Below, one piece after another: positions 39,440-52,520 of a DNA stretch of 64,000 bases. The DNA is from Felis catus (lineage: Eukaryota), in assembly GCF_018350175.1 (NCBI RefSeq), contig NC_058368.1:54562001-54626000 (forward strand), given 5' to 3'. Under the pieces are notes generated by a model that searched no databases, was not told the DNA's origin, and worked only from the letters and a program-made list of their open reading frames with translations. The position numbers were made by a program, and so were the translations under genes. Every line of letters starts with the position of its first letter. The first letter of the stretch is position 1.

Positions 39440-40900
39440 ACTAATTTTCTACTTTTGCATAGCAAATTACCACAAGCTTAGCAACTTAAAATAACACACA
39501 CGCACTATCTCTCAGTTTCCATAGATCGGTTCTGACATGTCTTAGCCATGTCTTCAGCAAGACAATAACCAAAGCATCTTCCAGGGCTCAGTTCTCATCA
39601 GAAAGTAAATAAGAATTTACTTGCAATAGATCCACACCAAAACCCCCTCTGTTGTTAATAAAATTCATTTTCTTGAAACTGAGGACCCCAGCTTCTTTCT
39701 GACTCTTGGTTGGAGGTCTCTCCCACTCATTACAGACCCCATACTTCCTCACCATAAGACTCTCTTCATAGGCCACCTCACAATATGGAGATTTGCTTCT
39801 TCAGAGCCAGCATGAGAGAAAGATAACAAGCCTGCTAGCAAGACTCAGTCTTACTAGTATATTATATAGAATATTATAGTATATTCTATATAATTACAGT
39901 ATTATAGTATATTCTATAATTATAGATTTACTATAATTAGTAATAGTAATAGTAGTAATAGTAATAGTAATAGTAATTATTATAATTAGTAATAGAATTA
40001 TAATTCTATATAGTATATTCTATATAATCATGGGAGAAATATCAAATTACCTTTCACATTTTCTTTGGTTTAGAAGCATGTCAAGGGTTCTTCCAACACT
40101 TAATGGAGGAGATTATACAAGTGTGTGAACACTATGAGGCGGAGATCAGGGAGGGGTACATTAAAATCTGTTTTCCATGGTCCAACACCTTGTCCCCTAG
40201 GATTCACATCCCTCACACGTGCAAACTACATTTACCTCATACCAAGGTTCCCAAGAGAGTCGTGTTATTAGAGCATCGGCTCAAAAAATATAACATCAGC
40301 AACGTGTAAAATCTCATCATATAAATAAGATCCAAGTGCTGATTATTACCTAGTATGTAATCCTTTAAGTACCTCCTGGGACATCGTTTCATCTGCCCAT
40401 GGACTTGTGTAACGAAAGAGACAAGTTATCTGCCACTATACACCCAATATACAAGGAGGGGAGAGGCAACGGCTGACAGCTGTAGACATCACCCTTCAAG
40501 AAAAGGAAATGGAGGGTGAAAAGAAGTTACTGATCCTTAGCAGTCATGAAATCCAGCCAAGCAAATGTTGGGAGTTCCCTGATTAGATTTAAGGCCTGGG
40601 AATAACTTCAGTAAAAAGGAAATCTGTTTTCTCTTCATGATTAGTTTGGTATAATATAACATGACTCCACTTTTTGGGCTCTTGATTCTGAATATTGGGC
40701 TCTGGGTCTACCCTCTAAGTAATCTTTATTTTTTCAAGCTGTGGTTCCTTTTTTGTTGTTTGTTTAAATTCTTCAGTCAATTAATTACTATCCTCTTATA
40801 TTTTATTATAGGCAGAAAAAAAAAAAAAAAACCCACAGGTGGCACCACCAACATTTCCCTTGGAAATCTCTTTAGATATATTTCCAAGTCATTATTTTTG
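39440..40900 (-). mobile_element. MaLR LTR (MLT1E-like) plus adjoining MLT1 internal sequence
   Basis: caaattaccacaagcttagcaacttaaaa...; from about 40180 ggattcacatccctcacacgtgcaaa resembles MLT1-int. Confidence 0.7.
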
Positions 40901-41548
40901 TCAATCTTATTTTATCCCTCCACTTTAATTTCTGCTGTCAAATACTAATTTATACATTTCTCATTGATACAGATGCTCTAAAAATAGCTACCGTACCATT
41001 ATCATAGACTATAAAATTTCTATATTGCTTTTTCCCCTTCTGAAAATTGGGTAAAGAATGTTCCTGAGTGGTTAGGAAAGAGTATGTACCAAAATTTCTA
41101 CTACTACATTGATCTCAAATCTGAACTTGTAAAAACTTGTCTGTGTGGAATAACATTTTAGCCTCAGTGGCTTTTTGCTGTCTGTAGCAAAATACAAGGA
41201 TTTTTATTTAAAAATGGTCACAAATGACTGATAATTTTTCATTACAAAGATGCCTTTAAGAAAAGCAGTGTTTTCTTTTAAACTTTCTAAACATCTGCTA
41301 TTTATTCTGTGGAGTGTGTGTGTGCGTGTGTGTGTGTGTACATGTGTATTTATCTATGTGTATGTGTTGTGAATACTTGGATTCAACAGTGATGGGGCAT
41401 AGTGAGTCGGTACTCAGACTTGATGCTGATGAAGACTGAGGTCCTCTATAAACCCGTGTGTTTGGGCAAGTCAGAGTCCAGGATTTGGCAAGTATTTTCT
41501 AAGAACTTCTACAGTTTTGTTTTTTGGGTTTTTTGTTTATTTTTGTTG

Positions 41549-41551
<3 letters not shown>

Positions 41552-41584
<33 letters not shown>
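41552..41584. repeat. (GT)n microsatellite (a second, imperfect one at about 41314-41345)
   Basis: Direct reading of the sequence. Confidence 0.95.
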
Positions 41585-41588
<4 letters not shown>

Positions 41589-42858
41589 CACCAAAAGGCA
41601 CAGGATTCCCTCCGCTGTAAGAAAGACTTGACATCCGAGAGACAGAGTATGACATACAGCACTTAGTCTTTTCAAGCCCATTTGCAATTCTCCTCTTTGA
41701 GGATGTACGACATCCCCCCATCTCCCCATCCCTTCTGAATATTGCAAAACCATACTAGGAGTTCATCAAATCTGTGACAGTATACTGCTCTACGTTACAC
41801 TTGAGTCCTCCTCCATTCCAATCTAAAAGCATCTGGGCAATGTGCTGGTACCACAGCCTGGATTTGTGTTTCAACATAATTATTATAGGTTAGATAGTAC
41901 ACCAAAGTGAATAATTTCCTTACATTTCCAATGGTCCTGGATTATAATTAAAGGAGATACCAACATGCTTCGGTAATCAGTGAATGTTGTCAAGCTTACC
42001 AGGCATTCAAAATATATTCATTTGCCCTCATCCTTTGCAAATATCATACTCCAATCCAACCCCTACACCTACAATTAAACACATAGAACCTCAAAAAAAT
42101 TCTGATCCTTTCTTGTCTGTGCTGAATGGAGTCAAGTCTTCACAGTTTTACAAAATGTGTAAATATCATTTGTGTCGGATTATCTACTACCATCATATTA
42201 TTGTATCTTTGTTAGACATAAAATGAGAGTAAAAATAGTAATAATTATTTCAAAAGATTGAACATGTTATCAGTGAAATAATGTAAATAAATTGCTTAGA
42301 TGAGTGCTTGCTATAAACAGAGCTAAATAAATATTGGCAATTATTACTAATAGCTGGGTCCTCACTAAATCCTTAATTCCTGTCCTTTTCTCCAGGCCAG
42401 CGTCACTGCACTCCTCCTTAAAACAGCAAGTTAATTTAGCAGTAGTGTGCTATTCATTTGAGATCACAGAGAATAGGAAAACACATTCAAGGCAAATAAC
42501 CCTACATCTAAACAGAGGGATTTTAGTCTGGCCTATTCTTATATACACCATAAGCAGTGTCAAACACAAACTTATTTTCACTTACCATCATGGTACTAGG
42601 GGAACATCTGGCTCTTAAGTAGGATAACTTGCCTCTGTGACACTGACATTTCTGGCATATTATAACTAATGTCAGCCACAAGTAAACTATTATTTAAAAT
42701 AGTATGCTGTGACTTGGGGATCATCAAAAGTAAAATGAGTTAAATATGGAATCAAGTCCATAAAGTTAAAAATAAAAAGAATGTAATTTTTACATGACAG
42801 TAGTTTATATTTCTACTGCACAATTCAGAAGCAGAGAATATGTTTTAACAGAAGGAAA

Positions 42859-42875
42859 GGGTGCCCTCTAGTGTT
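42859..42875 (-). promoter_or_regulatory. CTCF-like motif, reverse orientation
   Basis: gggtgccctctagtgtt; the reverse complement contains cactagagggcac. Confidence 0.45.
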
Positions 42876-43613
42876 TTAATTAAAGATGATCAATTAGATA
42901 AACTGAATTCATTTCCCATTTGGATTTATATAGAGTCTCAACTGAAAATTACATTATATAGAGTATAAATTAAGAAAATATGTGAGTAGGATATTAGTAT
43001 AAGGTGTTAGGAAACTACATGGTGTTTCTGACTCAATTTTTTTGACATCAAGCATAGACAGGATTGGATGAAAGATTAGATTCAGTTATGCTGATTTCCT
43101 CTTCTGTGACCTAATAAAACACTCCTCTACCTCTAAGGTTTGCTCCAGGCTTGGGATTGCTACATGTTTGTAAATAATATTACAAAATGTGAATGTAAAA
43201 ATTACACAGACACAAACATTTTTATCACAAAAATGTTGATTGCACACTACTACATTTCCCTTAAATTGATTGCTTCCATATCCTTGAGTGATAATGTTAG
43301 CCTTATTAGATCAAAACTTAACGTAATTTGTTTTTTAAAAAATGTATTTGAAGACGTTTCACTGGACATGGTCAGAATTTCTATATGACATTTAATTACA
43401 GTGAAGATTAAGGTACTGTATTGTCAATTTTCCCCTTAATCTGAATACATGTTTTTCACAGTTTACTCAAGAGGGATTTACACAGGAAAGTTGGGAAACT
43501 ATCTCCCCCATTTCCTTCATAGTACTAGGGCAAAGGTGTCTGCATACAGTAAAAACTGAGCAGTGAAACACAGATTATTTGCCAAGTGAGCTTGTAGCCC
43601 TACATGATCCCCT

Positions 43614-43985
43614 GCTATGGGCTGGAATATGTCCTGGAAAATTCCTATGTGGAAGTCCTAATCCTTTACCTCCTCAGAAGGTGACTGTGTTTGGAGAGAA
43701 GAACTTCAAATTACTTGATGCTAAATGAGATCTCTGGGGCAGGCCCTATTTCAATATGACTGGTGTCCTTGTAAGAACAGGAGATTAGGACACAGACATG
43801 CAGAAGGGAGGCCATGGGCGGATACAGTAGGAGGCCACCAAGCCAAAGGGAGATGCCCCGGAAGAAATCAACTTTCCCAACACCTTGACCTCAGACTTTG
43901 AGGCTCTGGAACTGTAGGGAAATACATTTCTGTTATTTAAACCACTTAATCTCTGGTACTTTGTTGTGGCAGCCCTAGGAAAATA
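43614..43985 (+). mobile_element. MaLR LTR (MLT1B-like)
   Basis: tgctatgggctggaat...tgactggtgtccttgtaagaa...tggtactttgttgtggcagccctaggaa. Confidence 0.85.
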
Positions 43986-44021
43986 GATTCTCTTTTTCTC
44001 CACCATGTAAAAATTTGAACT

Positions 44022-44240
44022 TTATTTTTATATTTATTTTTTTTAAGTTTATCTATTTTTGAGAGAGAGAGACAGAGAGCATGAAAAGGGGAGGGGCAGA
44101 CAGAGAGAGAGACAGAATACTAAGCAGGCTCCACATTGTCAGCACAGAGCCCAATGTGAGGCTTGAACTCACGAACCCAACCGCGAGATCATTCCCTGAG
44201 CCGAAATCAAGAGTTGGAGCCTTGAGCCACCCAGGTGCCC
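44022..44240 (-). mobile_element. CAN-SINE
   Basis: ends gagccacccaggtgccc; TSD tgaa(c/a)tttattttt. Confidence 0.92.
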
Positions 44241-44862
44241 ATGAAATTTATTTTTTTGAGAAAACATTACTTTCAAATAATTTTTCAGCTCCAGTAAAGG
44301 AAACTTAAACATTAAATGGTGATAAATAATATAAACTTGCCCACAATAGATGCTGAATAAGTATTAGCAATCCTTTTAATTATCTGGGCCTATGGCTCTG
44401 CTTTTCCTCCACCACGACAACAGTATCCTCACTGTATCTTCTCTTCTTCTCTTTTTGCCCAGGCTAGCGACATTGCCCCTTCCCTCTCAACAAAACAGTG
44501 GACCCACCTGGCCATAGAGGACACACAGTGCAAGAAGTCTCCACCTTGCTGATTGATTAGTTGGGGAGAAGCCAAGGAAATAGTGGCTGGTTATGCAACT
44601 CTTTCGTGTAAAATTTGTGTGTGTGTCCACGCTCGCCTATTTCCTAGGGTTACTGTGACCATCACATAAGTTAACATGTCTGAAATACTTAGAGAAGTAA
44701 CCTAATACAAATTAGGTGCTTAATAAACTGAGAAAGTGGCATAACCTGTATAAGCCCCAGGTTCTGCATCCATAACATGAGACAAAAATATATCTACTTC
44801 ACGGAGTTGTTGTCAGGATTTAATAAGATAATGAATGTAAAGCAAGGCCATATATAAACACC

Positions 44863-44902
<40 letters not shown>

Positions 44903-45012
44903 CATACATATTTCATATATAGTATATATATATATACTACATAAGTAGTTATATATATATAGCGTATATATATAGCATACATATAATGTATATATATATA
45001 GTACATATTTAT
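44863..45012. repeat. (TCTA)n plus TA-rich microsatellite
   Basis: Direct reading of the sequence. Confidence 0.9.
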
Positions 45013-46033
45013 ATAGTACTGTTTGTACTAAAAATAAATGCATATTATATGAGCACAGGATAATTTGCACAAGTTATATTAACATTAAGAAATTATGCAT
45101 TTTATTTACTATGGAATTGTGAACTCTGAAACCTCAAAGTTACTTGGAATACAAACATCACTGATTTCTCAAACTTTCTTATTCTTCTATGAGATGAGAT
45201 CAGTATCTCAATGCTCCAGAAATAACAGAATCTTTGAAAATAAGTGTCTAAGCTAGTAGTGATGAAATGCTATTTTTGACAGGAAAATTTCTTACTTTTT
45301 CTTGAGGTCATCAGTTTAAATGCTCAATTGGCAGGCTCATTACCCTTTTATGAATAAAACTAAAATAACAAATTCAAAGAATATTTTACTCAATGACATT
45401 TTGTAGTAAGACCTGTCAGGTATATTACTGAAAGACACAGACCGCAATTACTACTAAATTTATACTTGAATTACAAAAATCTCAAGGAACTCTGCAAATA
45501 ACAGTTGACAAATGCATGCTAGGGTGTTGGGAGACAAATACTTCTGAAGAATATTACATTGGTTGTCACTATTAGAGACCTTTTCTTTTTGTGTATATAT
45601 GTGAAGACTATGTAAAAATTTTAAAAAGTCCGAGAAATTGGAAACCTGAACACAAACTGATAATCATGCAACTGTTTTTACCTTAAACGTCTCCCCAAAT
45701 AAGATAAAAATCTTCATAACAAGTAGAATAGACTCATTTCAAATTCACATATCTGAATGGACTCGATGGATTGTTTATTTCAAAGTTAGGCATTTTCTAG
45801 CCACTGCTGCAGTCTGTGTATTGGTAGTTGGGAGTAGGTAACATTAGACGGCACACCTAGTGATTTTTAAAAACTGGGAAGATTTTCATGTTCTTTATGG
45901 TTTATATTCTTTATGCAAAACTTTTAAGGTTAACATTTACTATATAGTTCATCAGTGTAGAATCGATAATGGGACATCCAAGGATTTACAGCTTTTATAC
46001 TTTTCATTGTTATCACACTTTATCACTATTTGT

Positions 46034-46275
46034 ATTTTTAAAATTTTATTTAAATCCAACTCAGCTAACATAGAGTGTAATAATGGTATCAGGAGTAGAA
46101 TTTAGTGATTCATCCCTTACATAGAAGACCCAGTGTTCATCCCAAGTGACTTCTTAATGTTCATCCTCGCAACCCTCAGTTTGTTCTCCATATTTAAGAG
46201 TTTCTTATGGTTTGCCTCCCTCTCTGTTTTTATCTTATTTTTCCTTTCCGTCCCCTGAGTTCCTCTGTTTAATTT
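46034..46275 (-). mobile_element. Short carnivore L1 3'UTR fragment
   Basis: Reverse-complement similarity to the L1 3'UTR at 22300-22520 (caggagtaga, aaccctcagtttgttctc, cttatggtttgcctccctctctg). Confidence 0.88.
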
Positions 46276-46842
46276 TGAGAAATTCCTTTCCTTGAATGGA
46301 AAAGATGTATGTTTTTCATAAATAGTTACACACTTAATCTGGGAATATAGTATATGCATATAGACCATCAGTACTGGTCATTCTCCCTCTCTTCCCTCAC
46401 TTAAGCTCCAAACAGGCTAAACTAATTCTGCTTTCCAAATAGCCCATGTTTTATAGCACACTCATGTATTTAGAATTGCCTCCCCAACAGAACTAACCCC
46501 CAACTGTTTTGTCTGCTACTAACACTTCAAGACACTGATGTATCTCCTTGGGGAGATTTCACCCACCATCATTTTTTCTTCACCTGCTTAAAAAAAAAAA
46601 CAAAACAAAACTACACCTTAAGGACCTCACACATTGGTTATTATATTATGGGCTCTGGGTATAAATATACTTACTCTACCTGATTCTCACCCCATACTCT
46701 GTCCTCTGTGCTTTTAGTACTTTATGAAGAGCTATGAAATAATATGTCCCCCCCGTAAACATCACCGGACTTAATTCCCAGAAGGCAAATTGTCTAATTT
46801 GCTTCCTCAACAGTTTAGTAAAAAGTAAAAATATTTAGAATT

Positions 46843-47072
46843 GGGGCGCCTGGGTGGTGCAGTCGGTTAAGCGTCTGACTTCAGCCAGGTCACGATCTCG
46901 CGGTCCGTGAGTTCGAGCCCCGCCTCAGGCTCTGGGCTGATGGCTCAGAGCCTGGAGCCTGTTTCCGATTCTGTGTCTCCCTCTCTCTCTGCCCCTCCCC
47001 CGTTCATGCTCTGTCTCTCTCTGTCCCAAAAATAAATAAACGTTGGAAAAAAAAATTAAAAAAAAAATTAAA
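46843..47072 (+). mobile_element. Young SINEC_Fc
   Basis: TSD aaaaatatttagaat at 46827-46841 and 47073-47087. Confidence 0.97.
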
Positions 47073-47903
47073 AAAAATATTTAGAATAAAATAAATGACA
47101 AAACATATACAGGGGAAAATGCTACATTGATAAACAGCAAAAAAGATACTACGGGAAACTTATCTTTAACAATTTCATTGAATTAAATTTCTATGCAATA
47201 AAATTACCCTTTTCAAGTATACGTTTGGCAAGTTGTGACAAATGTAGTCGTCCTATCATCACCACCACTACCAAGATTTCAAACATTTCTACCTCAAAAA
47301 TTCCCTATGCCCCTTTGTAGTCAATCCCTGATCCCTCTGCTGACTCCAGGCAAATACTAATTTGTTTAATGTCACTGTAGTTGGCCTTTCCTACAATTTC
47401 ATATCAAGGAGAATATACAGTATACAGCCTTTCATGCTTGGGTTCTTTTACTGAGTGTAATGTTTTTGAGATTCATTCATTTTGTTGTATTGGTAGTTTG
47501 TTCCCTTTAATTGCTGAATAATATTCCATTGTATGGGTATATCAAAACTCGTTTATTCATTCACCAGTTAGTGGACATTTAGGTTGTTTCCATTTTTAAG
47601 CAATTATAAATAATGTAGCTATAAACAGAGTATCAATATTTGTGCAGACATATGTTTTCATTTCACTTAAGCAGATACAGAGGAGGCGAATTACTGGTTC
47701 TGTGGTAAGTGTATATTTCACTTTTTAAGAAACTACCAAGTGTTTTTTTTTTCCTAGAGTGGTTATACTCTTTTACATTCCTAGTAACAATACATGAGAG
47801 TTCTAGTTCCTATATATCAATGACAATACTTAGTATTGTGAACATGTAGACTTCACAGTTTTAAGTTCCATTTTCCTGAAGACTAATGATGTTTGACCTC
47901 TTT

Positions 47904-48115
47904 AAAAAAATTTTTTTTAATATTTATTTATTTTTGACAGAGACAGAGCACGGGCTGAGGGGTGGGCAGAAAGAGAGGGAGACACAGAATCTGAAGCAGG
48001 CTCCAGGCTCCGATCTGTCAGCACAGAGCCTGACATGGGGCTCAAACTCATGGGTGGCAAGATCATGACCTGAACTGAAGTTGGACGCTCAAAAGACTGA
48101 GCCACCCAGGCTCCC
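47904..48115 (-). mobile_element. CAN-SINE
   Basis: 17-bp TSD tgatgtttgacctcttt at 47887-47903 and 48116-48132. Confidence 0.96.
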
Positions 48116-48615
48116 TGATGTTTGACCTCTTTCAATGTGCTTATTGGTTATTCCATACATCATCATTTGTGACGTATACCTTTGCTATTTTAAAACTAGA
48201 CTGTCTTACTATTGACTTGCAATGGTCCTTTATATATTCTGGAAATATGTTCCTCATCAGATAGATGTTTTATAAATATTTACTCTTATCCTGTGGCTTC
48301 TTTTTCTTTTATTAATAGTGACTTTAGAAGGAAAAATATCTAAATTTTTATGAATTGCAACTTTGTATTTTATTATATGAAATATATTTGCCTTGCTTAA
48401 TGACACAAATATTTTCCTCTACATTCTTATAGAGGTTTTATATGTGTAGCATTTCTGATTAAGACTATGATCCATTTCAAACTAATTCTTGTAAAGCAAG
48501 AGGCTGAGTCTAGGTTCATTTATTCCCTTCAAGACTTCCAACTGTCCTGGAACCTTTTTTTGAATACCATCCTTTCCCCATTGAATTATCTTGGCATCTT
48601 TGTAAAAAATCATAT

Positions 48616-48838
48616 GGGTCACCTGGGTGGCTCAGTTGGTTAAGCATCTGACTTCAGTTTAGGTCATGATCTCACAGTTCATGAGTTCAAGTCCCGTGTT
48701 GGGCTCTGTGCTGACAGCTCAGAGCCTGGAGCCTGCTTCAGATTCTGTGTCTCCCTCTTTCTCTCTGACCCTCCCCTGCTCATGATCTGTCTCTCTCTGT
48801 CTCAAAAATAAATAAAAACACTAAAAAAAATTTTTTTA
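48616..48838 (+). mobile_element. CAN-SINE
   Basis: gggtcacctgggtggctcag head; A-rich tail. Confidence 0.94.
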
Positions 48839-49005
48839 AAGATCAGTGGACCATAAAACATAGGTATATATATTTTTTACTTTCAATCATGTTCCATTAA
48901 ATTTATATATTGTGCCTTATGTCAATACCACACTGTTCTGATAATCCTAGTTTTATAGTAAGTCACAAAGCCAGATCACAGGAGTCCCAAACCTTTTTCT
49001 TTAAA

Positions 49006-49056
49006 ATATATATATATACACACACACATATATATCTATATCTATATCTATATCTA

Positions 49057-49103
<47 letters not shown>

Positions 49104-49107
49104 ATAT
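49006..49107. repeat. (TA)(CA)(TCTATA)(TCTA) compound microsatellite
   Basis: Direct reading of the sequence. Confidence 0.93.
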
Positions 49108-50083
49108 TTAGGCTATTCTAGGTCCTTTAAATTTTGTTTTGTTATAACCTAATATTTTCTAAAAATGCCTTAAACTAGTCTAAATTAGTGATTAGCTATT
49201 GGTCATTCCTAGTTCCGTATAAAAACTAGGCCCCCAACCACTTGACACAACATTATCAAGTTCATGGATTCTTTTTAGTTTATTTTTCAAATTTCAGCTT
49301 CAACATGGAGGAAAAAGTTTAGCGTTTAACCTGGGGGGAAGCTAATAGCATAACTTGCATTGGCTAACAAGTTTATTTCTAATTTTCCCCGGAAATTTGT
49401 CTTGAAGAGGAATTTGGTGCTGCATCTGAAACCAGGGAAGAGAACTATGGCTTCCTGGGAATGACTACAGTGCATGCAACCCGGGGTCACTGATGGCGCA
49501 GCAGCTGTGTAATTCATGTCACTGACTGCCCTACTCATTTACCCTCCATGAATCTTCGTAATCTGCCGCCTACCAGGCAAAATTAGAAAAATGCCCTAAT
49601 AAATGCTTGATTTGTGAAATTTAAATTTAAAAAATTCTAATATTAATTACTTTAGAGACATTATAATCATATAAATGCCACGTTGAAAATAATGAAGCTA
49701 TATTATTTTGCCAAATTCAATACATATGGTGATTATACTTAGGATTATTAATTTTTAAATAAAAGCCATGTTTTATACATCTGTGTGTGGTTGACAATAT
49801 TCTGCGTTTTTTTTTTTGTGGTTTAATAAATGCAGAGAGAGTATTAAGATCTCTCCATAAAGCTCAACATGATTATAACGTATGTAAAAGTGGCTTACAA
49901 TTGTTTTAATGTTTAATTTTTTGTTTATAAAAACATAATGTTCCTTATAGAACTAAACATATAAGAACATTAGGAAATTAACATAACCCCAAATCCTATA
50001 TATAGGGGCATGTTGTATAATAAATCATTAAGTGTTTTAAAAATGTGATATGAATGATTTGTTAGTTTTCCATGGTACCTATG

Positions 50084-50497
50084 TGATGTGGGAAACAAAG
50101 GCAGAAGGAAATGGTAGATAAATTAAGTTTCCTTACAGCCTGAAAGCCATTGACAACTACTTGAGGCAGGCAGAGTATAAGACTTCTCCAGGAACTCCCA
50201 ACTCTCCTAATGCTAATATGTTGTTAGAGGGAAAAACAACCTTAGCTTGACAATAGTTAGGCCTCCAGGATGCCTGGAACCTTTTTTAGCACATGAAAGT
50301 CCTTTTGGAACCTTTCCCTTGACTTTAGCTCCCCCAGCTCCATAGTATATAATGAGTGTCTCCTCAGGTCCAGGGGCAGCTCTTCCTGCCCACGGGTCAT
50401 GTCCCCAGGCTTTAATAAAATCACTTTTTTTATATACCAAAGATGTTTCAAGAATTCTTTTTTGGGCATGAATCTCCATCCCCCCAAAACCCCATCA
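50084..50497 (+). mobile_element. Intact solo ERV1-class LTR (414 bp)
   Basis: tgatg...catca inverted termini; 4-bp TSD tatg at 50080-50083 and 50498-50501; tatataa near 50346; aataaa near 50414. Confidence 0.9.
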
Positions 50498-51299
50498 TAT
50501 GTAATACAAATTATTTAAGATATTTTTGGAGGTTTAAATAGTTTTCAAAATGTTGAATGTTACAATCAATTATTCCTCATAAATGTTTTTTTGCAACACT
50601 TATTATCTTAATGAGAAATCCAGATACAAGGATTGCTAGGTCAAAGGGTATAAACATTTTAAAAGCTTTTACATGTATTGCCTAATTAACTTCCAGAAGG
50701 TTTCACCAGTTTACTCTTCCCTCAGGCAGTCTGAGTGTTACCTTTTTTCTAGGGTGGGTGGTCTTATTGTTCTTCAGTCTTTGGAACTAAATGTGTGTTT
50801 AGCTTCCAGTTCCTCCATATCCAAGTATGTGTTGCTCCTGTCTATGTCCACACTAAATTTAGAGTAGAGCTTACTAGTGGACATACAAAAGTTTAGCAAA
50901 CATTTCTTTTTGAGGACTTTTTCTTTCTTGCAAACAGCCCAAAGTCAATCTTAGCTAAAACTGGTGAATGAGTTAGTTGACCAAAGTGATTTTGTTAAGT
51001 AACACTGGAAGACAACCGATTTTTAAATGTGATTTATAAATGGAATTTAAAATAAATTCCCAAAGAGGAATTATATAGCTTCCAAGTTTTGCTTGGAAGG
51101 AGGGGTTATATTGGAAGGTTATATTTGCTAAAAGTATAATTTTATGATTTTATTGTTTTTGACAATAAAATTGATCTTTTTCATCCGTTCTATTTACTCT
51201 TTTTCATCCTTTCTTTCTTTTTAATTTTTTTTAATTTTAATATTTTTCTCCTATTAGTATAGAATAATGAACAATATTTCCAGCTTGGATGGTTATCTC

Positions 51300-52520
51300 A
51301 GCAATTATAATGTACATACTTAAGTGAGGCCAAGGCTGAAGAACAAGCCGGTCTGTCACTGTGGCCACATAACCCAGCACCTGTACTGATATTAGAAGTA
51401 TCTCTGGTTGATAGTATGCTGTATGGAATCTCTGGCAAATTGCAAAAGCAGTTTCAGAGAAGCCCCCTTGGGATTTGGAGTAAAGCCATCATTCCTTTAC
51501 TGGAAGAAAATTCTCATTGTGCAAAGCAGCTCCTGTCATGCCGCTGGCCCTCACAGGTCTATATGACCTGGGACCATGGGGCACTGTGATAACCAAGTGC
51601 TTATGAACATGGGCTTTCCTTCACAAAATGATTGCTATTAGATTTATTATGTCATAAGTTCCAGCAGGTCCAAGAGCAATCCACTGTAACATAAAAAATA
51701 GTACATTCAAAATTAGGCCCAAGTATGCATGAAAACATAAGTAAATAATGAAACTGGTAGCCTTTTTCTTCAATTCATCCTGTGGCCTCATAGAATGTTC
51801 CCAATAATTAACTGACAGTAGCAAAAAGGTCTCATCTGGTCAGGGTCAGAGATGAGTTAGCTTGATATATTGGTGATAGCCAGAAATGGAATCTTGCTCC
51901 ATTATATCTCCACTCAGGTAGCTCCAAAGAAGTGCAATGAAAGGAAATCCTCCATTGTAGAAAGATGTTTGAAATAGTTGGTTTTCCTTGAATTATTTGG
52001 GGTATAGAGAGAATTTCAAATTTATTCTTAAAATTGTGATACCTTTGTGGTCTCCAATTTATATGAGGATCATATTTCAATAGAGTTTTAACCTGGGTAA
52101 TCTGGAAGTTCACTCTCACTGAAATATTTTAGTAAATACCCCTCAGACAAAAAGTGGCTATAGGACCCAACTTACTTTAAGATTCCAGACTTCATCAGTT
52201 CCCTAGCCTAATAATTCTTTCCCTTTCTTCCCAGTCACAAATTTCTTTATAATGATTTTTTTTATTATCACATACTTGTGTGTATTTATAAAGGAATATT
52301 GACCTTGCTACCCAGTCCATTACATTACTGGAAATAGTTTGAATATCACTTTATCGGTGACCAGTTAGAGCTATACAGAAGTCTGTATACAAATATAGAG
52401 GGTCCCAGAATCATACCAAGATGACCAAAACTGTCAAGTTTCTAATCTTCAAAAGACATCCCATTGAAAGAGAAACTAGTCAGATATGAGAATTGAATAA
52501 AAAACATGATACCTTAAGCA
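51300..52520 (+). pseudogene. ERVL pol (RNase H region) remnant
   Basis: ttagaagtatct (LEVS), gctgtatggaatctctggcaa (AVWNLWQ), ttgggatttggagtaaagcc (LG-WSKA), aagcagctcctg (KQLL). Confidence 0.7.

Larger units (their letters stand above)
47165..49170 (-). mobile_element. L1MB-type 3' end, interrupted by two SINEs and a microsatellite
   Basis: ttgagattcattcat...attccattgtatgg...gtggacatttaggttgtttcc. Confidence 0.85.

Noticed and set aside
50213..50487. Two minus-strand ORFs of 76-88 aa
   Set aside because: Entirely within the solo LTR, with no protein signature
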